DNA of 64,000 bases from the NCBI GenBank assembly GCA_964430105.1, contig CAYSEF010000004.1, forward strand, positions 6,091-70,090, written 5' to 3'. Made by a program: the position numbers and the translations under genes. This document shows positions 36,721 through 44,242 of this stretch, one piece after another (within the stretch, counting starts at the first letter, position 1; each line of letters starts with the position of its first letter). The DNA is from an uncultured Ruminococcus sp. Its GTDB lineage: Bacteria > Bacillota > Clostridia > Oscillospirales > CAG-272. The notes under the pieces were generated by a model, which worked only from the letters and a program-made list of their open reading frames with translations, had not been told where the DNA came from and ran no database searches.

Positions 36721-38004
36721 ATGACCCTCATTGAATTGTATGACAGAACTCCTGTCGAAAATATAATAACTTCCTTAGCTCTCAAGCCCGAAAAAGTTAT
36801 TTTTATAGGCTCGGAATCACGCAAGATCAGACGTGCACTGCCATTGTATCAACAGATATTTGACAGACGCGGACTGAAAATCGAAACAGCAATACGAAGC
36901 GTAGCAAAAAATGACCTTGAATCGATTACCGATGTTTTGTACGATATACTTGAGGAGGACAGTGCAGAGGAGCAGTTCGTTGTTGATATTTCAGGTGGCG
37001 ATGAAAGCACTCTTGTTGCAGTAGGAATGATCCTCGGCAGTATAAGACACGAAAAATCAAACGATGTAAAGAATAAAAAATTATACGCTTTCCGTATAAA
37101 TGTAGTGAGCAGACGAGGAACATTGTTTGAAATACTGGAATCGAACGATGGCAGGATAAAAATAGACCGTTCTGTTTATGATTTTTCGTACAATACACAG
37201 GTGTATCTCACTGTAGAGGAAAATATTATTCTTCACGGTGGCAGGATTCTTGCGAAAGGTGTAAATTTCAAGCGCAGTGATCCGGTTTCCGAGGATATTG
37301 AGGCTATGTGGAATATATGCCGTCGTGATTGTACGATGTGGAATGCTAAAATCGGTACGCTTTCCGGAGCTGTCAGCAAATTTTCCGACAGTGCTCACCT
37401 TTTTATGTTGCCGGAAATGGCTTTTGGTGACGGAAAAAAAGATGTTGACATTGATTTGTGGAATTCTTTTGTTAATGCCGGACTTGTGTGCATAGACGAA
37501 AAGCGAACAGGTGACGGAATAATAGTATTCACATATAAAAACAAAATAGTCGAGGAATGTCTTAATAAATCCGGATCGGTTTTGGAATATTTGACATATA
37601 AAGCAGGACTTGATGAATCTGAAAACGGTGAGAGTGTGTTCAATGATGCTGAGCTAAGTGTTGTCATAGACTGGGACAATGAACCAAACGGTACATCAAA
37701 TGAAATCGACTGCATATTCATGCATGGAATGGTGCCGGTGTTCGTGTCGTGCAAAAATGGCGATGTAAAAACGGATGAGCTGTATAAGCTTGAAGCAGTT
37801 TCGGAAAAATTTGGCAGTGGATATGCAAAGACCGCACTTGTTTCTACAGTGTATTTTGATCCCGAATCAAGCTCTTATGATGGAATAAGGGCAACGGAAA
37901 CGCTGAAAAACCGTGCTGATGATATGCAGATACGAATGCTTATGAAGGTTCACACAATGACATCGGATAGACTGGGCAGCGACCTTGCGAAGCTGGTTCA
38001 GTAA
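36721..38004 (+). CDS. CARF-like sensor domain fused to a Card1/Can2-like (DUF1887-type) PD-(D/E)xK nuclease-fold domain
   Basis: 427 aa. The N-terminus has a Rossmann-like FVVDISGGDESTLVAVGM loop. The C-terminus has GSVLEYLTY, NEID-x12-SCK and ELYKLE, matching the Card1-type endonuclease fold but with Ser in place of the acidic residue of ExK. An AGGAGG RBS is present. The call is motif-level only. Confidence 0.6.
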   Translation: MTLIELYDRTPVENIITSLALKPEKVIFIGSESRKIRRALPLYQQIFDRRGLKIETAIRSVAKNDLESITDVLYDILEEDSAEEQFVVDISGGDESTLVAVGMILGSIRHEKSNDVKNKKLYAFRINVVSRRGTLFEILESNDGRIKIDRSVYDFSYNTQVYLTVEENIILHGGRILAKGVNFKRSDPVSEDIEAMWNICRRDCTMWNAKIGTLSGAVSKFSDSAHLFMLPEMAFGDGKKDVDIDLWNSFVNAGLVCIDEKRTGDGIIVFTYKNKIVEECLNKSGSVLEYLTYKAGLDESENGESVFNDAELSVVIDWDNEPNGTSNEIDCIFMHGMVPVFVSCKNGDVKTDELYKLEAVSEKFGSGYAKTALVSTVYFDPESSSYDGIRATETLKNRADDMQIRMLMKVHTMTSDRLGSDLAKLVQ

Positions 38005-38013
38005 TAATAAAAT

Positions 38014-38070
38014 AAGGCTGTAGTATTGACGGCAAGTTATCTTGTCGCAAAATATTACAGCCTTGTTTTG
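38014..38070. terminator. Bidirectional terminator shared by the CARF-nuclease gene and the convergent CYTH gene
   Basis: A 14-bp stem, aaggctgtagtatt / aatattacagcctt, encloses a small inner hairpin. A T-rich run follows on the + strand. Confidence 0.7.
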
Positions 38071-38580
38071 TTATTTGAATTTTTTTGTTTTAGCCATAGA
38101 CTTGTTTGAAAATTCCCTTGTGCCGGTCAGCTCCTTTATCACATCGATCCACTCAGGAAGTGCGAATTTTTCATCAGCATCCGAAAGCTCCACTTCAAGA
38201 ACAGCTTTACCTGAAAGTGCCTCACCGCCTATCTCATACGGATACACGTCTATCTCAATAATATGCTCACAAAATGGAAACGCATATCTAACTTTTTCAA
38301 GCTCAGATATACATTCGTGCATGAGCTTGTCGTATTCTGTGGCAGAAATTTCGTATTCGTCCTCTTGCCTGCTTATTTTGCTTCCTAAAATCGGGTGTTT
38401 TTCGGTGTAGATATAAGATATTGTTTTGTTTTCTTCGATTTTTCTGATACGTCGCTCGGTTTTTCCTTTGTATTCCAAATATGTCTGCACCATTTTTCTG
38501 ATGCGAATTCCGTTTTGCGACGTTAGAATTTTTTCGTCGGGCAATCCTATAAGAAATTTTCTCTCAGTCTCGGTAGCCAT
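38071..38580 (-). CDS. CYTH domain protein (triphosphate tunnel metalloenzyme: triphosphatase or class IV adenylate cyclase-like)
   Basis: 169 aa starting MATETERKFL, which is the ExExK signature. Further alternating acidic/basic beta-strand residues are present (RIRK, EYEI, LEVEL). Confidence 0.75.
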   Translation of the reverse strand: MATETERKFLIGLPDEKILTSQNGIRIRKMVQTYLEYKGKTERRIRKIEENKTISYIYTEKHPILGSKISRQEDEYEISATEYDKLMHECISELEKVRYAFPFCEHIIEIDVYPYEIGGEALSGKAVLEVELSDADEKFALPEWIDVIKELTGTREFSNKSMAKTKKFK

Positions 38581-38603
38581 AATTCTCCTATCTGCGGGAT
38601 AAA

Positions 38604-38825
38604 TTATTCTTTGTGCTTGCCGTGTAGTGTAGCGAGAAGCTCGTCACGGGTCTTTGCATTTGTGAAAAGTACTCCGGCTTGTTCACTTGTAGTCATTTCG
38701 GTAAGTGGGCTTACGCTTACACGGCTTTCTCCCGTCATATCAAAAAAAGATTCTGCTGTGTTTTTCTCAGATACTTTTTTGTCCTCATTACGAAGCAGAC
38801 GTGGTTTGTTTGGGTTGTAATTCAT
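38604..38825 (-). CDS. Hypothetical 73-aa protein, co-transcribed with the CYTH gene
   Basis: GGAGGA lies 7 nt before the ATG at 38825 (MNYNPNKPRLL...). I recognise no domain. The longer ORF-track start at 38939 lacks an RBS. Confidence 0.5.
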   Translation of the reverse strand: MNYNPNKPRLLRNEDKKVSEKNTAESFFDMTGESRVSVSPLTEMTTSEQAGVLFTNAKTRDELLATLHGKHKE

Positions 38826-38959
38826 CTTTGATTCCTCCAAAAAAAGATTATTTCTAATCTCTCCCGAAATCATGCCGATTATACACACGCCATTCGTAAT
38901 TTTTTGTTTTATTGTAAAACAACTCCTGCGATTTGTCAATATCCATATTTGAAGCTGTC

Positions 38960-38987
38960 ACATTCTGTCGCTTTGTGGCATAAGATA
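38960..38987 (+). promoter_or_regulatory. Possible mother-cell sigma (SigK/SigE-like) promoter for the tiny Cys/Gly-rich peptide gene
   Basis: AC, 17-nt spacer, CATAAGATA, which fits AC-N16-17-CATAnnnTA. It lies about 30 nt upstream of the start codon. Confidence 0.3.
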
Positions 38988-39017
38988 TAACATATCAAAG
39001 GAAAGGAGGAAAACAGA

Positions 39018-39182
39018 ATGTGCTGTGGAAATAATGGCAACCGAACTACTTTGCTGATTGCACTGGTTGTTGCATTCTTTATTATCAATGGCACCGGCGG
39101 AACCGATTATAACAATGGCTGTGGCTGCACAAATAACCGTGACTACGACAATCAAACCGGTGGCTGCGGATGTACAAGATGA
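39018..39182 (+). CDS. Tiny Cys/Gly-rich membrane peptide, YjcZ-family sporulation-protein-like (54 aa; absent from the ORF track)
   Basis: AAAGGAGGA lies 7 nt upstream of the ATG. The product is MCCGNNGNRTTLLIALVVAFFIINGTGGTDYNNGCGCTNNRDYDNQTGGCGCTR, with a central TM helix flanked by C/G/N-rich ends. A strong terminator follows. Confidence 0.65.
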   Translation: MCCGNNGNRTTLLIALVVAFFIINGTGGTDYNNGCGCTNNRDYDNQTGGCGCTR

Positions 39183-39203
39183 ACTGAATAGCTGAATGAA
39201 AAA

Positions 39204-39258
39204 CTGCTCCCTCGGAAATTTCTAAAAGAAAGAGATTTCTGCGATGGAGCAGCTTTTT
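39204..39258. terminator. Bidirectional terminator; diverged member D of the conserved-loop hairpin family
   Basis: Stem ctgctcc / ggagcag, then CTTTTTT. The interior contains TCGGAAATTTCT, the same 12-mer as in hairpin A. Confidence 0.7.
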
Positions 39259-39278
39259 TGTTAAATTATATCAGCATA

Positions 39279-41681
39279 TTATTCATGCTCTGCAAGCCAG
39301 ATGCTGACTCTCGACTGAATTATATCAGCTGTAGATTCAGCACTGCGTGTGCCTGCCTGGAATGCGGAAATTTCTTCGTTAACAATAGAGGTGATTTCAT
39401 CAGAAATAGTGGATACTATCGGTGAACCAACCTTATTGTCAATGAAATCCTTTAATTCTGCACTATCTTCCTTGGTGAAGTATGTGCGTATGCCCGGCGC
39501 GTACATTTCATCAGTGTTGGGATATTCGGGATCGTAAGGGCTCCATGATGCGCCACCTGAGTAGTAGAACTCAAATTCGTATGTATAAAATTCCTCAATC
39601 ATTTTGTCGTACATTGATTTGAGTATCGGTAAAGAGCCGTACATACCTTTGAAACCACCATAATTCTCGTCATATTCAGGTGCAGAGAGATACTTGATGA
39701 AATCCCATGCTTCTTCAGGATATTCTGTTGACGATGATATTATATACGTCTGATCAGCGTTTAATTTTGAACCCAATTCACCTTCTTTGGAAGTAGGATA
39801 TCCGATAACAGTGAAATCCTTTGTTTTAAAGGCTGTTTCAAGCTGTATCCAATTTGCGGGCTCGTAAATGTATTCCGAATTAAGTGCGATCTCGCCATTG
39901 TGATAGCGGAGATAACGGGTTTGGTAATAATCGTCAGGACGAGAACTATAGTCTATCTCTTTAGGGAGAGTTGCTATATACTCAAGATATTTGATAAATT
40001 CAGGTGAATCAAAGTGAGCAGTGTTTGTTTCGGAATCGATAAATGCACCGTAACCACTTTCACGGAAAAGAGTGTATGCTACATTTGACTGTGAAGCATC
40101 CTCGATTAGCTCAACGCCATTCGGAAGATTCATCGCAAAATCGAGCATTTCCGAGAATGTCCATGATTCACGATCGCCGAGTAATTCTTTAGTACCGATC
40201 AAAGTAGATATGGAATATTCTCTTGTAAGCCCCCAAAGCTTGCCGTCATCATCAAAAGTACGCTTTATTGAGCCGAAAAGATCATCGCGTGTGATAGTAT
40301 CATCCTTGTCGATGAAGCTGTAGAGATCGATGTAAAGATCATTTTCGAGTACAGTGCTTACCACGGGTGAATCGTATGATTCTATTATGATGTCGGGACT
40401 ATAGCGACCTAATGCAATATCAGTGGAAAGCTTTTTACGACCTGCGAAGTAATCCTCGTTTGTTGAATAAACGCTGTAATCAGTTACAATAACACGAGAT
40501 TCAGGATGTGTCTTGTTGTATTCAACTATGAGAGAGGGTATGTTATTGTATAGCGTATTAGAGGAAGCGATTTCTATTACTTTTACATTTGAAAGGTCGA
40601 TATCGTCAGCTTTTTTGTACAGAGCCAATTGTTCTCTGTATGTGTTTGAGTCGCGTTCACTAACGAGCAGAGTTTCGCTGTCTATGACCTTTAAGATATC
40701 AAAGTAATTATCTGTAACATCGGAATTGGAGTAATTCATGATAAGCTCAGATGAATTTTCTGTTTCACCGGCAGAAGCATCCGAAAGATTCATGCCATAA
40801 AGACCGACATCATCAGTGTAATAGATGTCATAATCTTCACCAAAGGAAATGTTATAAATTCTGTCAAGACCTTCTATAGGAGTGCCGAAGGATTTTGTTT
40901 GCTTGTCAATAGAGCAGAAGCCACGTCCGTTTTCAAAATATCCCGAAGCATAAACTACGCCGTCAGGAGAAGAGGTGAGAGTATCTATCCAGCTTTGTGA
41001 AAATACCGAGAAGCTTTTTACGAAGTTTTGGTCAAGCACCAGTACCTCTTCATCCGCATTAACATAGATATAACCGTCATTATCGACAGCAATGTTATCT
41101 ATGTAGAACCAACGGCTGTCGTCAGATTGTGAGAACAGAGGCTGAAGGTTGTCCGATTTTGTTATAGAGCCATCGGTGAGGTTATATTTAACTATGCAAT
41201 ACGATTCGCTGTTGCCTACAGGATCATACGAATTGCTTAAATAAATGAAATAATCGTTCCAAAATACACCGGCATTTATATAACTGTTTTCTTCACCCTC
41301 ATTCTCGAACTTTTTATCCTCAAGTATAGTTCCGTCTGAGGAGAGGGTTACAAGATGATCTTCTGAAATATAATCAACGAAATTACCTTCATCATCGACA
41401 ACCTCGTGACCGTATGTTGCGAAGCAGGTGATATTTCCTGTTTCTTTATCGTAAATCGGCGTAATTTGCGATGAAATATAGTAATCCTCCGGAAGGGGCA
41501 TATATGTGCCACGGAAAATATGCGTGAGAAGCTGTGGCTTTTCCACAACATCACTGCTTTGAGAAATATTTTCACCTGTGACAGGATCGGTTTCAGAGGA
41601 TTTTTCATTAGAACATGAAGCAAGCGGTAAAGCGAGCATCAGAAGTGAAAGGATAAGAGAGAGCGTTTTTCTTTTAGTCAT
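39279..41681 (-). CDS. Large lipoprotein: unknown N-terminal domain fused to a C-terminal ABC-type solute-binding-protein-like domain
   Basis: 800 aa with the lipobox LALPLASC. The C-terminal half is SBP family 1-like. No permease or ATPase partner is adjacent. Confidence 0.6.
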   Translation of the reverse strand: MTKRKTLSLILSLLMLALPLASCSNEKSSETDPVTGENISQSSDVVEKPQLLTHIFRGTYMPLPEDYYISSQITPIYDKETGNITCFATYGHEVVDDEGNFVDYISEDHLVTLSSDGTILEDKKFENEGEENSYINAGVFWNDYFIYLSNSYDPVGNSESYCIVKYNLTDGSITKSDNLQPLFSQSDDSRWFYIDNIAVDNDGYIYVNADEEVLVLDQNFVKSFSVFSQSWIDTLTSSPDGVVYASGYFENGRGFCSIDKQTKSFGTPIEGLDRIYNISFGEDYDIYYTDDVGLYGMNLSDASAGETENSSELIMNYSNSDVTDNYFDILKVIDSETLLVSERDSNTYREQLALYKKADDIDLSNVKVIEIASSNTLYNNIPSLIVEYNKTHPESRVIVTDYSVYSTNEDYFAGRKKLSTDIALGRYSPDIIIESYDSPVVSTVLENDLYIDLYSFIDKDDTITRDDLFGSIKRTFDDDGKLWGLTREYSISTLIGTKELLGDRESWTFSEMLDFAMNLPNGVELIEDASQSNVAYTLFRESGYGAFIDSETNTAHFDSPEFIKYLEYIATLPKEIDYSSRPDDYYQTRYLRYHNGEIALNSEYIYEPANWIQLETAFKTKDFTVIGYPTSKEGELGSKLNADQTYIISSSTEYPEEAWDFIKYLSAPEYDENYGGFKGMYGSLPILKSMYDKMIEEFYTYEFEFYYSGGASWSPYDPEYPNTDEMYAPGIRTYFTKEDSAELKDFIDNKVGSPIVSTISDEITSIVNEEISAFQAGTRSAESTADIIQSRVSIWLAEHE

Positions 41682-41783
41682 AAGTACCCCCGAAATGAAA
41701 AATGGAATTACAATATATATTGTAATTCCATTTTGTGAACTGCGTTTGAATATTAGATTAGATTTTGATTAGAAAATAAACGC

Positions 41784-42392
41784 TTACTCTTGAATGACAG
41801 CTTCAAGTGCCAGTTTAATACCGTCAGTCATTACAGCTTGCGGAAGTGTCAGCACTCGACCGATTTTATTTTCCATTGCCGCAATTTCGTATGACAGCGG
41901 AAGATGGATAAATCCGGCAGGAATTTCTAATTGCTTGCAATGATGAATAACACGATACATGAGGTTATTGCAGACATATGTGCCGGCAGTGAACGATATT
42001 TGTGCAGGAACAGCGTTACTTTTCAGCTTATTCACTATCTTGTTGACGGGAAGTGTTGAAAAATAAGCGTCGGGTGCATCTTTGATAATCGGCTCAAGCT
42101 CAAATATCTGTCCCGCATTATCAGGAGAAGTGCTGTGCTTGACATTTACTGCGGTATATTCCGGAGTTATCATTCCACGACCTTCCGCTTGTCCAAGACA
42201 CACAACGGCTGATGGCGACGACAGTGCTATGTTTTCACGGAGGATATCGGCGCATCGGTCGAAAACGACGGGCAGAACGAGCTTGATTATCGTGTGACCA
42301 TCTATTGTGTTCGGCAATGCTTCAAGAGTATCAAGCGAAGAATTGTGTGAGCTTCCCCCGAAGGGTTCAAAGGCTGTTACAATGATATTCAT
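41784..42392 (-). CDS. pcp: Pyroglutamyl-peptidase I
   Basis: 202 aa with MNIIVTAFEPFGG, the catalytic Cys context AGTYVCNNLMY, and the His context GFIHLP. Confidence 0.88.
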   Translation of the reverse strand: MNIIVTAFEPFGGSSHNSSLDTLEALPNTIDGHTIIKLVLPVVFDRCADILRENIALSSPSAVVCLGQAEGRGMITPEYTAVNVKHSTSPDNAGQIFELEPIIKDAPDAYFSTLPVNKIVNKLKSNAVPAQISFTAGTYVCNNLMYRVIHHCKQLEIPAGFIHLPLSYEIAAMENKIGRVLTLPQAVMTDGIKLALEAVIQE

Positions 42393-42406
42393 GCAATAGT
42401 AGCTCC

Positions 42407-44242
42407 TTATGCGTTTTGATCGGCAGCAAATACAGCAGCAGTAGCTTCAAGCTCATACTGTCTGGTGTAAAGACTGTGGTAATAGCCGTGCTTTTTCATC
42501 AATTCGTCATGTGTTCCTGATTCGATTATTTTGCCATCACGAACCACAAGTATAATATCGGAATTACGAACCGTAGAAAGTCTGTGCGCTATCATGAACG
42601 AAGTACGACCTTCTATCACCTTGCCAATAGCATTTTGAATTAGCTGTTCGGTAAAGGTGTCGATCGATGAGGTCGCTTCATCGAGAACAAGTATCTTAGG
42701 GTCGCAGAGAATAGCACGAGCGAAGGATATAAGCTGTTTTTCACCTGTTGAGAGAAGGTCGCCACCCTCACCAACCTCGGTATCAAGACCTTTTTCGCTT
42801 TTTTCAACGATATTATCGGCAGAAACGAGCTTTAGTGCTTCCATTATTTCTTCATCGGTTGCATCGGGAGAACCGTATTTCAGGTTATCGCGTATTGTTC
42901 CCGAGAAGAGATGTGGAGTTTGCAGAACATATCCGATATTTGAATGTAGCCAGAGCTGAGAGCGTTCTCTTGCATCTCGACCATCGATGAGCAGTCTGCC
43001 TGATGTCGGTTCAAAGAATCGGCAAACCAGGTTTACCAGTGTTGATTTTCCTGCGCCGGTTTCACCTACAATAGCTACATTTGTACCGTGCGGAATTTTG
43101 AGATTAAAGTTTTCGAGAATGTACTCGTCACCGTCAGGATACTTGAACGAAACATTGTCAAATTCGATATCTCCATGAATATCCTCCCAGTTTTCACGTT
43201 TTGGAGAGAACATATCACCGTATTTTTCGATGACTTCGGGAGAATCTGCAACATCGGATTCAGTTTCGAGCAGTCCTGTGAGACGTTCGATATTTACCTG
43301 AATCATGATTAGGTTAGAGAGCGCATTAACGATCCAGCGAATAGGATTCATGATACCGAGTGAGTATGACATGAACATAGACAAAGTACCGACTGTCATA
43401 ACCTGTTCTGTTGTAAGATCACCACCAAGCTTTAGTACAAGTGCCATAGCAATGTACGAAGCTATTGTGAGTGAGGTCCAAAGAATACCGCGGTAACGTG
43501 ATTCACTTACAGATACACGCTTCATTCCTGCAGTTTTGTCTTTGAATTCATCATACATTTTGTCTTCAGCCACAAGAGTTTTGATCGTCTTTGCACCTGT
43601 GATACCTTCATTGAATGTACCTGTGATTTTTGAGTTCATTTCACGGATGCTTCTGTTCGCAGCGGTCAGCTTCTTCTGCATGAAAACAACGATGAGTGTT
43701 ACTATCGGGATAACTACAAGCACAAGCAATGTCAGCTTTACGTTTGTACGGAACATAACTGCAAGCGCACCTATCATGTAAGTGCCGTTCCAGATACAGT
43801 CAAGCAGATACCATGATACAAGAGTTCCGATACGGCTTGTGTCACTCATTACACGAGAGTGGATGTATCCGACAGAGTTTCTGTTGAAATATGAGAATGA
43901 AAGAGTTTGAAGATGATCGAACGATTTTTGCTTGAGGTCACGTCCGATATACATTTCCACTCGAGTGGAGAGGTATGTACTTACGGTATCGAATAAAATT
44001 TTAGTAATGAGCAGGAGAACATAGACAATAGCGAAGGTGACGATAGTGTCGAGCGTTTCGCCTGCTATATAGTGATTGATAGCATATTCTTGACATTTCG
44101 GAAAGATTATATCGATTACAGAACCGCCGGCCGCCAGGATTATCATAATCAACATGGTTAAACGATACGGCTTTAGATACGGTATTATCTTCGGAATTCC
44201 GAAAAATTTGAGATGCGTAGTTTTGGTGGTATTTTCTTCCAT
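42407..44242 (-). CDS. ABC transporter ATP-binding/permease protein (type I exporter half-transporter)
   Basis: 611 aa with a 6-TM domain, Walker A GETGAGKST, signature LSTGEKQ, and Walker B ILVLDEATS. Confidence 0.9.
   Translation of the reverse strand: MEENTTKTTHLKFFGIPKIIPYLKPYRLTMLIMIILAAGGSVIDIIFPKCQEYAINHYIAGETLDTIVTFAIVYVLLLITKILFDTVSTYLSTRVEMYIGRDLKQKSFDHLQTLSFSYFNRNSVGYIHSRVMSDTSRIGTLVSWYLLDCIWNGTYMIGALAVMFRTNVKLTLLVLVVIPIVTLIVVFMQKKLTAANRSIREMNSKITGTFNEGITGAKTIKTLVAEDKMYDEFKDKTAGMKRVSVSESRYRGILWTSLTIASYIAMALVLKLGGDLTTEQVMTVGTLSMFMSYSLGIMNPIRWIVNALSNLIMIQVNIERLTGLLETESDVADSPEVIEKYGDMFSPKRENWEDIHGDIEFDNVSFKYPDGDEYILENFNLKIPHGTNVAIVGETGAGKSTLVNLVCRFFEPTSGRLLIDGRDARERSQLWLHSNIGYVLQTPHLFSGTIRDNLKYGSPDATDEEIMEALKLVSADNIVEKSEKGLDTEVGEGGDLLSTGEKQLISFARAILCDPKILVLDEATSSIDTFTEQLIQNAIGKVIEGRTSFMIAHRLSTVRNSDIILVVRDGKIIESGTHDELMKKHGYYHSLYTRQYELEATAAVFAADQNA

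Noticed and set aside
38958-39155. A 65-aa minus-strand ORF.
   Set aside because: It is antisense to the strongly signalled 54-codon plus-strand peptide gene, has no RBS, and its product is a mirror low-complexity sequence.
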